A stretch of DNA of 64,000 nucleotides from assembly GCA_030264375.1 (NCBI GenBank), contig JASCQW010000122.1, positions 37,232,195-37,296,194 of the forward strand, read 5' to 3'. The notes under the pieces are model-generated. The model was not told the origin of the DNA, searched no databases, and was given only the letters and a program-made list of their open reading frames with translations. The translations under genes and the position numbers were made by a program. Positions 1 to 11,450 of the stretch are shown in pieces; within the stretch, counting starts at the first letter, position 1; the number at the start of each line of letters is the position of its first letter. The DNA is from Carcharhinus longimanus (taxonomy: Eukaryota).

Positions 1-138
1 CCCTCAACTCCGGTATCAGCCTAGTAAACCTCCTCTGCACTCCCTCCAAGGCCAAAATATCCTTGCATAAGTACGGCAACCAAAACTGCACACAGTCCTC
101 CAGCTGTGGCCTCACCAATGCCCTATACAGCTGAGGGG
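1..138 (-). mobile_element. CR1-clade LINE ORF2 C-terminal fragment
   Basis: Minus strand reads [44 protein letters not shown], the typical CR1 post-RT motif. Confidence 0.9.
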
Positions 139-960
139 AAATCCTCAGATACTAATGTGGCTTCAGGCTGGGGTGTGATTTGGGCCACATCCAATCTGTG
201 TGTTTAAAGGGACTTTGTGTTGATGATATCTTTGTAGCTTAAGATGTACTTTGTAATCCACACTGAACTTAATATCTGTGCGTAATTGTTGAGCTAAGGG
301 GAGATTAAAGGAGTATTATATATTAATCCAGTTTTTTAGTGTTGAATGTTTTTCCATTGTTAAACTAATCAGTCATCCTGTGGTTCTGTTCCTTCACATT
401 TTATAAACAAAAAGTAAAAGTTATAATCTTTTAAGTTAGAGTTCCATTCTGGGATCTTCCCATCCAGTTATAACATCAACTGGATTGTTACACCACTCAT
501 TCACAGATTTTTACTTAATCTGCGCAGAATCACATCAAATGTTTTGTTTGAAAGTGAGATGCAACACATAATTAGTAAGAATCTATCGTGTAATTGATCA
601 CATGGAATTTATGATTAATTAATCAAAAATTAACCACTTATAATTATTATTACAAATAAGGTCTGGATCTTCCATTTCCTGGAGGTACCTCGGAAGAGGG
701 GCTAAGGGACCTCTCGGAAATCCCCAGACAAGAACTGAATGGGAATTGCTAGGGAGGTTTCAACTGCCCTGAATCTGGAACTTTCTGTTTCAAAGTTGGA
801 GACTTGGGAAAATTCCGATAGTCTGAGTAGAATACTTAACAAGGAAGAGTTAGAAGTATTAAGACCTATTCTAATTCCTGGATAACTATATTGCAGGCCC
901 CCTGACTACAAACCCTTACCCACCACCTCCTAATCTAGCTCTGCAATGAAGGCCTCCAGC

Positions 961-1028
961 AGCAGTAACACTGCACTATTCTCAGCAGGTCCGGAGCAGT
1001 AACACTGCACTGTTCTCAGCAGGCTCGG
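961..1028. repeat. 34-bp direct tandem duplication
   Basis: agcagtaacactgcactattctcagcaggtccgg followed by agcagtaacactgcactgttctcagcaggctcgg. Confidence 0.9.
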
Positions 1029-1499
1029 CTCAGAGGTCTGGGTGAGAAATGTGCAGCTGCAGACTGAGCTGAGTAAAAAGAGCAGATTGGCAACCTGCTA
1101 TTCCATGCTGGCCCACATTGTGTTTTTAAAAAGTTCTCTATGAATACGTGATACTGAAGCACTTTACTTCCTTCTTTACATGAGGAGAAAGAAAAACATA
1201 GGCAGTAAAATTATTTCCTTTAGAAGTCACCATTGATTTTTGTCATTGATATTTAACGTGTAACTGGTTCCTGGTATAATGGAAAATTGGACAAGTTGCT
1301 TTTTTCAAAAGAATATCCACATGGGTAAGGACATCATGATGCAAATTTACTAGGTTGCCTCTGGAGATTCCTGGCAGAAGAAAGTCCAACAAGGAATATC
1401 TGCAACATGTGAGATTAGACAAGCAGCTCCAGGCCAGCCTGTTGCAAAGGTCTTTGCATTTCTCATTCAAATCGAAAGAGCAGCTGGAGAAGGAGTAGT

Positions 1500-3230
1500 T
1501 GCGAACAAAGAGCATGCCAAAAGATAAAGGAAAACCTAAGACCTCATCTGCACTGATACCACGTCATCTGGAGATAGATGCAAGACTATTGTGGGAGTCT
1601 CAGCAAGGACAATGACAGCCACTCGGGTGACTCCATTGAATAACGCAGAAGGAAGTCAAACATGGGTAGGTGGAGGCAGAGAGAGACCTTTTGGCTTTTG
1701 CTTACATGCCTGAAAATTCAAGATTATCTTATTAGCAACTCATTCTGTTTGGATACTAACTATAACTCTCTACTATGCCATTGATATGATCATTAAATAA
1801 TATAATGGCCTTGCCCGTTTCTTGTTAGTGTTTCTGTTAGCAATCTATTATTTACCACGGAAGATCTGATGTAAATGGATCCTTTGCCACAAACTCTAGG
1901 TGCAGAGCAAAGCTTCCAAGTGGAGACAAGTTAAATCTGTTAATGTGATTTTTGCATACCTTCCAGCTAAGTTGATGGGGAACGCATTTCCAGGATGTAA
2001 TATCGGTAAAAGAGTGTAATAACAGATACAAAGGTCACTCCAAGCTAGATGGGAAAATGTACTAAGATGTAGCAGGAAAACTAAGCATTAAAAATCCAAT
2101 GGAATTAAGGGCAGAATGAATTCTTAAATGCCAGAGAATGTATAGCTGTCAAAAGATCCAAAACCCATGAGAATAAGCCAGGTAAAGCATGTGGTGGTCT
2201 AGTCTGAGTAAACAGTTTGCTCAAATCATGAGGAGCTATCAGAAGGGAAAGAAAAATGTCTGAACGATGATTCCTCCTGCATCATGACCTTGGCTATAGG
2301 TCAAAACTGCCCTATCCTAAATGAAAAGAGACTATTGTATTTATCCTGGCTGAAAGAAGTATATTAAATTCAAGGGAAATGTGCATGGTTACATGAGGGA
2401 AGGGGGAAAGATGTTATCTATAAAAGATGTACAGTAGAAATTAGATTTCTAAATTTAGTTCTCCTAAGGTATCATGGTATGCCACTGGCAAATGGCTAAT
2501 CAACAGGATTTGTTCATGGCAAATAAGTGGTAACTACTTTCACAATATTGCCACCAAATCTCTATCTGGCAAGCAAGCGGAAAAGGAGGAGAGATACAAA
2601 TTCCACCAAGTGAAAGTGACTAATTGTACCTCCTACAGGATGTTTAAGAATATGACTGAATTTTGATAGCAGGCAAAAACACTAGAAGAGTCAAATAACA
2701 AAGCCTCAGCATCTTAACCATATGTTATCTGAATACCTGTTGAAACTGCCATTATCTTTTCTGTATCACCATGGCAATGGGAAAAGAGAGACCCCCAAGT
2801 ATGGGTGGGGCTGGATGGAGGGATGATCTTATAGGCAATGCAAAGAGAATTCAAGCTCTGGAGTTGGTTCAACTNNNNNNNNNNNNNNNNNNNNNNNNNN
2901 NNNNNNNNNNNNNNNAGGGTGTAATATGTATACCCACAAAAATACACAGTCCCAGAAGAGGGTGCATTCATCAAACAATTCTTAGAGCAAGGGGTACCTT
3001 GTTTTGATATAAGATTTTTTTGTTAAGTGTTGTACATGTAGTAAGTAAAGACCAGAAGGGGGAGTGTTGAGTAAGTGCACATAGAGGAAGTGTCAAAGCA
3101 GAGCAACAGGGGAATGGTTTCAAGAACACAACTGTGGGGCCAGGTAGAATTTGTAAGGTAAGACATAAAATGCTGCTATTGGTGTTTTGTGTCTGAGTCA
3201 ATTATAATAGGATTTTATTTCAACAAAACA
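1500..3230 (+). mobile_element. Possible highly decayed LTR retroelement (internal region, polypurine tract, start of 3' LTR)
   Basis: A-rich coding-like stretch, a degenerate zinc-knuckle-like segment near 2270-2320, and polypurine tract agaagggggag (3054-3064) followed directly by TG. No intact ORF. Confidence 0.3.
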
Positions 3231-5164
3231 TTGATTTTGAACTTCATTCCAGTCACAATAACTTTGAGAATTTCCCTTAAGCACTGGAAAATGAACCCCC
3301 TGCCCTTCATGTGCAAGATTAGCTTGCTATACTGTAAATATCTCAACTTTTAAAATGTAATTTTAAAAATCTTACAAAACGCTTGACAAGAAACGATCGC
3401 CGTTCAAGTGAAGATGTCAGAGCAGCAAGGTGGATTTAACCTCTATATACTTTGACACTGCAGTAGTTTGGTTAGACTAGAGCTGCATATGCGTATGTTA
3501 GCATATTTTAGCCCAACTTACTTTTGTTGTTATCTTTTTCTTTAGTTTGCTGTGAAACTTGAGAGTGGCAATAATTCTGGGTTGTTTGCAGAATGTATTT
3601 TACAGGGTCATTAAATTGATAAAAGTAATGAAATGTTTGAATTTATATTTCTATGATGAGAAATAAAGTAATTGGGATTATGCATTGGGGCAATGTAAAT
3701 ATGGTTGTAAAATACAGTTACCAATTTGCAGCGAGATAATTATTTTTCCTTTGTACATGTATCAATATTCTATAACTAGTCAGTGTAGAATAGATGCAGA
3801 TATTTTCAGTTGGGCTTACAGACAAAACTGTGGCATAAAATAAATTATTTTTCTATTTATTAAATATAAACCCTCTAAAGTATCTCAAGATAATGAGATG
3901 ATGGTATTGGTTACTGAATAATTCCAGAAAATAGAATGAATAATAAAAATATAAGCTTAATTGCTATGAGAAATCCCTGTGGGCTCCAATTTGTATATTT
4001 GGCCTTTGCATTATGGTAAGTGGTGAACTTTAATGCAATTAGTGATGAAGATAATAGATTTAATATAAAAGCTTTATGATCCATTTAAAGGTTGAAGTAA
4101 TTTACTGCAACTGATTTCAATGTACAATGTTTTCCCGATTCGATTCTCTTTCTCTTTGGATATATTTCTACCTTTTTTATGAAGGCGTTGATTAGCCAAA
4201 GCGTAAGCCAACATTATCATTCATGACTAAGAGTACACCCTTAATTTTGGGGCTATTAGAAGAACAAAAGTATTCACGTAAAAGATAGGCACATCATCAT
4301 TAAAAGCAAAAGGTTGTCCCCATCGAATGTTTGTTTAGAAGTTTCAATAAAGAAAAACTGGATTGCCTTCGAACTGAAAGAATGCTTGGGTACAGTGTAG
4401 CAGCCGACACATGATGCAATATTACACAAAAACAAATATATTTTGGCCTTTAGTTTATTAGCTGAAATAAGAGCAAATTATTTTCACTATTGGTGATTCA
4501 CTAACTGTTTTAAAATGTCTCTGAAGCTTGTGCAAAACATTGCCAGCTCCTAGCGCGTTGTGCAACAAACTGAGTTCATTCTTATCTAGGACATTGTTCT
4601 ATTTGTGTAAGGGTTTGATTAAATGTCTGAGTGATGATTAGGCTATTTGATTGCTAAAATAATTGGTTGGCACAGTTCTAGTTAGACTCAATAAGTAAAA
4701 TTATTTAACCAAGATGAGTAACTTAAAAGAACTTTATCATCAAATAGATTCAAGTGAATTATGACAAAAACTTTTGTGTTTGTAGAGGGGCAGTGTTGTA
4801 CAGATTATATCGGTGCAGTATTATACAATTCATAGGAACACACTACTTAATGCTATTAAATTTCCATTGATGTACATAGTGCGCAAATACTAAGCAAATA
4901 CATTAAACATCATAAATGAAAATAGTCCGGAATAACCATATCTGAGTGCTGTTAACAATGTGCCACATTGATTCACATTAGTATGGTATCTGTTCTATTT
5001 CTTTGAGTGCTAACTCCTCTTTGATGGGAATCAGTTTAACTGAGTTTAACCAAATATGTACTTTCAATAAATATATCTGATAAAAATCTGGCCTGACTTT
5101 GAAGGTTTTCAATGGTCAGACTAAGATCTAAACACTCCCCAGCATATATGCAATGTTTGTTTAA

Positions 5165-5480
5165 GGACAGCACAGTGGTTAGTGCTGCTGCTTCACAGTG
5201 CCAGGGACCTGGGTTCAATTCCAATCTTGCGTGACAGTGTGGAGTTTGCACATTCTCCCCATGTATGCATGGGTTTCCTCCACATGGCTCTGCTTTCCTC
5301 CCACAGTGCAGAAATATATAGATTAGGTTGATTAGCCGTGCTAAATTGCCTGTTAGTGTCAGGGGCATCAGCAGGGTACCTACTGTTAGGAGATGGGGCT
5401 TGGTGAGATTGTTGTCAGTATGGGCTCAATGGGCTGAATGGCCTCCTTCTGCACAGTAGGGGGATTCCATGATTCTATGA
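5165..5480 (+). mobile_element. HE1-like tRNA-derived SINE, CR1-type tail (type A)
   Basis: A box cacagtggttag, B box gggttcaattcc, central gggtttcctcc...ttcctcccacag, tail atggcctccttctgcac...gattctatga. Confidence 0.9.
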
Positions 5481-8400
5481 AACCATAGCCTTTGTCCCCT
5501 TACTGCATGTGAGTTGGTCCTGCACAGTTTTCAATCATTCCAGAAATGACTCATGCTTCTGTGGGAAAGGGTGAGCAAGGAGCTCCCATATACAATGTAT
5601 GGAAGTTTTACAACTACATTTAATTTGGGGGTTGTTCTCTGCTATGTTTGTTGGCCCCACCAACAAACCAAGTGTGAGGAAAGATGTCAGGACGCAATTT
5701 GCTAAACAATTTAAAAGGATGCTCGTTCTCTGTTAAATCTATATGGAGCTTTCAGATTTCTTTTCCTGCAGAAAAATTTAGATGTATTTTGTGACACCAG
5801 TTTATGATTATCTTGTTGCTTGATGAGATGAAAGTGAGTGGCAGTGTATCATTTTCAAGGTATTTATCTTCACTCTGCCCAGTACTAGCCCTTGAGGCAT
5901 CTGATCACCAAAGAAAATTGGGGAGAGAGCAAGGATCCGGATGTACTATCAATGGTGAGCAAATGGCCTACCCAAGTTCAGGAGGCACTTGAGGAAAGAT
6001 GAGAGAGTTATGCAAGTACAGAAGAGGTAAAGACAGAGTCCACAAACTCAATTGTGAGACCATGCTAACAACTCCCTTTGCAGCCATGCAAAGTGAAGAA
6101 CTTAAACTAATTCACAGTAGATGCATACAATACCCTGACATCTCTTCCACCTCTCTCAAATTTGTTGCACCGTCATGTGCACAACTGAATCAGAAAACCT
6201 CATGGCTCTCCTGACTCATTCTTACTCCTCGACACTTTCCAACAATTTAATAATGTTTACTGTCCATTTGACCAGAATGGATGAACCTCTATTTTAAAGT
6301 ACTGTTTTTTAGGAACCGCATTTGCTCCCTGTTAATATGCAAACAGCTTTTGGTAAAAACATTTTTCACAGGTCGCCGTTCTAAATTGTGCTGATGAGGT
6401 GTAACCCTGAAACTTGAGCCATCCCCTGCTCAACTCCAGTGATTGGTATTAATTTTGTCCACCCACCACCAAGTCTAAATACCTCACTAAGTAAATAGAA
6501 GTTGTTTCTCTTGTTGAGTTTGCTGCACTGTAATGGATTGTGGGTTTCAAATGACCCATGCGTTACAATTTGGATACTTGCATATTTATGACTCCTGGAC
6601 TGACTGTCCTGTCTGTTGGAATTAGATTAACAATTTAGGGATAGTTTGTCATGGGCAGCTTTGTGCCATGGTGTTGTATCGAATGTGAATTAGTTGGAGG
6701 CTATCTAATCTCAATTTACGTTAGACCCAATGAGTCTGTTGGGTGATTATCTCCTGCGCTTGAAACAGGCGCATGGCCTTTGTGTTCATTCACTGTATCC
6801 GTCAACCCCCGGCATAATAAACGTACCTGATAACAAGGAAAATAGCAAGGAAAAAAGCAGTAAAGAAAATAGACCCTCAGGGGCAACCAACAGCGTATCT
6901 GATTAAGCAGTGAGACTTAAGGGTTGCTAGATATGCAAGACTGAGAAGGAGGGTAAATTAGAACGGGTGACTATAATGTTAAATGATTACGATGGAGGGA
7001 AAAACAAGTGGCAGAGAGAAAATAAATGTTAGAACTTAAAATTTGACCTATTTAAAATTACCCTGAGAAGTTCCAGACCTGAGAGAATGAGGTGCCAAAC
7101 ATAATTAACTTTTTTGTACCAGAGAGATTGATTGGCATTAATTAAGAATTATCACATTATTAAAAGAGTACTGGCACCACTAATTATGAGATCCAAATAT
7201 TTGCAACAGGTTTACTCTCTATCTATCACATAAACATAGCAACCTCTCAACATTCAATGGTGAAGCTGATAGTGAGATATTGTTTTGGGAGCAGCCCGAT
7301 GCGGGATTTGATTTTAACTGCACATCTGCCCCTGACATGAAGTTATTGAACAACATTTTGGTGGAGCTTTGTGCAGATTTTGGAAGTGTCACAGCAGTTA
7401 GTTGTAATGTGTCTGCTGCTAGAATACTTTAATGGATTTTGGAAGTTCATGGATTTGAACCGAAGTTATGGGTTTGTACTGAAGCTATGTATTTGCATTG
7501 AGGCTATACTGTCTGTCCTAGTTCACTGTAGTGTATTGAAGGGAGTGACCCACAGGTTTTTTTCTGAAGACCCTGGCAAGAAAGAAATTAATTGTTGAAA
7601 TGTTTTTTTATTTAATTTTGCTGTGGAAAAATAATTGATATAGTGCAGTACTTAACCCTTTTAACCTTAAGGTAATGTGATACAGTGCATTATATGTATT
7701 GTAAATGATAAGTTCAAGTATTTTCCAAACTATGCTTCTAAATTAAGGCAATTATTTCATTGACACGATGGAGTTAATGATGTTACATGCTGTCACAGAA
7801 TCATTATGACACACCAGTGAAGATTTGATGGGTCGGATGGCTTTTTGGGTGCTGCAGTCTTCTGTTACTTTGTGCGCACATTTTGGCAATATGTCTAGGC
7901 CAGTTAACAGCTAAGACAGATAAAACAATCTAATTTAAATTCTCTTTCAAAAGGTAGCAATATGTAATTTTGCTGCTTTGTCCTTTGGCCTAATTTATAG
8001 GTTAGATTACATTTTAGAAATTAACAACACATGTTTCAAAATTAGACCAAGTGAGCACAACGGGAGCGAAGTTTACCAGGGGAGAAAAAATAAACTGGGT
8101 CAACCATAAGGATAGTAATTAAGTCTTACCCAGTCCTATCAGCAATAACCTGTATTTTCCAACTTCTCCAACCTCTTGAAGGGAGCATGAAAAGGAAGTG
8201 TTTCTAATGGTATCAGACATAAATCATCAGCAAATCAGGAATTCGTAGATACCAACTGGGTGCAGTATTGTTTGTTTGATTTGTTTCATATGGTGTTTTG
8301 CACTGTTAGCGTGTGCCCTCCCTTTCATACTGAAGACCCATCGACGCTTTATAGTTGTGGAAGAGAGGTTGGATAATTCACTAATTCACCAAAACATCAA

Positions 8401-9097
8401 TGTACTGCAGCATGCTGTAGTACTTTAATGTAAATGGTCGAAGGATGTTGTCTAGGTTTAAATAATGTTGATGCCTGTCGAGCAATATCAAAGACGATGT
8501 TAGATCAATGTCAGCAGCAAGTTATTCAAATCTCTGACAGAGTTTGGAAGCTGCATGCTGACAATTCTATCTTTTATAAATCATTTCTGTTGTGATCTAT
8601 ATGGCTGAAAAAGCAATAGTAATCAAACTCAGGGAACAATTCACGCTCCTCGAATAACAAACAGTGAAGTACATTGCAGCACCTGTTGGCTATACAGAAT
8701 TCAATTAGTTGAGTATGTATACAGCAATCCAAATAGTCAATGAAACCACAGGTAACATCTTTGCAACATATGTCGATAAATAAATTTTATTGATCATGTT
8801 TCTCCTGTATTCCCGGTGAACCCAAAGAAAACAATGTTATTTTCAGTGATGTCGTTCACATAGCATAGAATTTAATGCCTTCCAAATTCCTCCTACCCCC
8901 AAAATCTCTCATTTTGCTCTACTAAGTGGCAGAGGAAGCAGCTTCAGAGGTAGTTCCACCAGGAGGCTGACACGGGTTGGTCATTTCAAGTAGGTGATGG
9001 AATTCAAGTGGTGGGATCATGGTCACATAGGTGCTTCATTCTTGGACTAATCAGATTGTTGTCTTCTGTGATGCTTTTCCTGGTTGGCTGTCAGCTG

Positions 9098-9160
9098 TGA
9101 TGTAGAGATGCCAGTGGTGGGCTGGGGTAAACACAATGGGTGTTGTGAGACTTCTTACTG
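9098..9160 (+). mobile_element. Internally deleted copy of the hairpin element, with target-site duplication
   Basis: Starts tgatgtagagatgcc and ends gtgttgtgagacttcttactg, like the 53277 copy. Flanked by tggctgtcagct at 9085-9096 and 9161-9172. Confidence 0.8.
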
Positions 9161-9429
9161 TGGCTGTCAGCTCGCTAGCCTCTCCCTTCGGTACTTCCTG
9201 CTGTAGGCATTACATGTTAACAGCTGGAGCCTCTCCATTGTCGCAATGTTTCATCCTGCTCCTGAGGTTGTTGGAATATTGGATGTATGTGGCCCACAGG
9301 TATTCCAGCAATTGAACTGTGTGAAGAAGGCAGACAGTGAGATGAGAAGATGTGTATCCATGAATTTCACCCATAGAACTGACGAGCAGTGAGATTTTCA
9401 GCACCTTCCATTGTTCTCAATGAAAACTC

Positions 9430-9546
9430 CATGCACTTGCACCACACGCACAGACACGTGCACATGCATGCACTTGAATCACACACTATGCTACATGTGC
9501 ACATTCACATGTGCACACACATGCACACACACAAACACACACACAT
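9430..9546. repeat. Degenerate (CA)n/CATG microsatellite
   Basis: cacacgcacagacacgtgcacatgcatgcac...cacacacaaacacacacaca. Confidence 0.85.
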
Positions 9547-9651
9547 TTCCCACTTTCAGTCTCCAATCTTGGCACTACATGTGCTATTGGGGGACATTTT
9601 GACAAAATGTTGTGCCATATTAACGCTAGAACCCAGTATCCTCCTCCCTGG

Positions 9652-9945
9652 ATGGCATGGAGGTTAACGCTGCTGCCCCACAACACCATTGACCCGGTTC
9701 AGTTCTGGCCTTGGGTGACTGTTTGTGTGGTGTTTGCACATTCTTCCTGTAACCGCGGGGGTTTCCTCCGGGTGCTCTGGTTTCCTCCCACACTCCAAAG
9801 ATGTACGGGTTAAATTGACTGACCATGCTAAATTGCCCCTTAGTAACAGGAGGACTAGCAGGATAAATTCATAGGGTTACAGTGGGATTATTGTCAGTGG
9901 CTCGATGGGCTGAATGGCCTCCTTCTGCACTGTAGGGATTCTGTG
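9652..9945 (+). mobile_element. HE1-like SINE, type A tail
   Basis: Same head, core and tail as the copy at 5165-5480. Confidence 0.88.
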
Positions 9946-10822
9946 CTGTCACCTTCATGATTGTTCCCATCACTCTTGACCCTCCCAACATCACTTTGTG
10001 CCTTTCTTCTATAACCCTTAAACCCCTGCCGGTTACTCTGAATTCATTTGGAAATTCCATCTCTTCCCACTGAGGCTACACTCCTCTCTCAACATTCCCC
10101 CTCTGGTCCTATACCAAACCGCGTCATCCTTAGAATTTCCATTAGAACCCAGGATGCACTTTTGATAATCACCAACCTCAAACTGGACCTGCCACCAAAT
10201 CAAAATTGATCAGAAAAGCTCATCAGCACTTGCATCTGCAGCAAATGGAGAGAACATCTGGGAAGGTTGCTCACAGGATTCTCACTCTGACCTGGAAGTC
10301 CTGCCTGAGGATATCAGGGACTGCAGTGAAGTGAGCTCTCGCCAGAAGTACAGCGCAAACTCTCCAGTTGAGCACATGTGGATGGAAGAGGTTGAGGAAG
10401 TCTTGTAGTATGGCCCCTCAAACCTGAAGACAATATACCGAGAGGACCCAGAGCCCCAAGGGGGCATGAATTGCAGAACACTTTCAGGTCTCACGCTCAG
10501 ACTTTCCCAGCATTCGGCTGTACAACTTGCCACAGGATAACATGCCTTGCAGCCCCGCTCATTTCTCTGACTGCTGGCACCTCAATCTCTAACATTCACA
10601 CCTTCACCCTATTTCCCCCTCGTACCTATGCTTCATAGTAAACCTCCACAAAAGTTGCTCTTCCCTTCCCTGCGCACAGATCACTGAGCTAAGTTCTCAC
10701 AGCTGTCTGATTTCTGTCCTTGCTGGAGAAGAGTGCATCTGACTCGGAGAGAGGTAGAGACCTGGAGTTGAGTGGTGGGTGTGCAGGATGGTTCTCCCGT
10801 GATAGGTACTTAATGTTTCTTT

Positions 10823-11131
10823 TTTAAAGTTTATTTATTGGTGTCACAAGTAGGCTTACATTTACACTGCAATGAAATTAGTGTGAAAAATCCCCTAGTT
10901 GCCACACTCTGGTGCCTGTTCGGGTACACTGAGGGGGAATTTAGCATGTCCAATGTGCCTAACCAGCACATCTTTTGGACTGTGGGAGGAAATCGGAGCA
11001 CCCAGAGGAAACCCGCGCAGACACAGGAGAACACGCAGAGTCTGCACAGGCAGTGACCCAAGCCGGAAATCGAACTTGGGTTCCTGTCACCGTGAGGCAG
11101 CAGTGCTAACCAGTGTGCCACCGTGCTGTCC
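10823..11131 (-). mobile_element. HE1-like SINE head with alternative tail (type B)
   Basis: Minus strand has the tRNA head and core, then ...ctaggggatttttcacac...gtaagcctacttgtgacaccaataaataaacttt. Confidence 0.9.
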
Positions 11132-11134
11132 AGT

Positions 11135-11450
11135 CGGCTCTGGTAATGTATTTATCTGGCTCACTGGGAAAGAAATCTTGCTTTAGGAGGCACTAATATC
11201 AGCAACAAGCTGCCATCTAAGCCTGAGTTCCCTGAAGCACTGCTGACCAAACTTCAAGAGAGCTGATTGACTGCATGGAGGGTAAGTGTTGGAGGGGCTC
11301 TCTCCTCTTTCCAGATGGATATCAGTTTTCAGTCCCACCTCCCTTCCTTCTGGGTGGGGAGCTGTTTGAGTGTGTATTGCTGTTGCTGTTGCCCATTCTG
11401 CTGCAGGAGCGCTGGCCGTTGGTGTGGCCTCAGCTCCTTCCCCTCAGCAG
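11135..11450 (-). pseudogene. PIF/Harbinger transposase N-terminal remnant
   Basis: Minus strand reads QQCFRELRLRWQLVADI(frameshift)LLKQDFFPSEP..LP, resembling the HARBI1-like QCLRRLRLSRQLVADICSLLEQDLLP...LPVA segment. Confidence 0.6.

Noticed and set aside
5165-5235. tRNA-like A/B box sequences here and in other copies
   Set aside because: These are SINE heads running into the SINE core; no complete cloverleaf tRNA gene was seen.
9389-9813. His/Thr/Cys-rich ORFs
   Set aside because: They are translations of a CA microsatellite plus a SINE.
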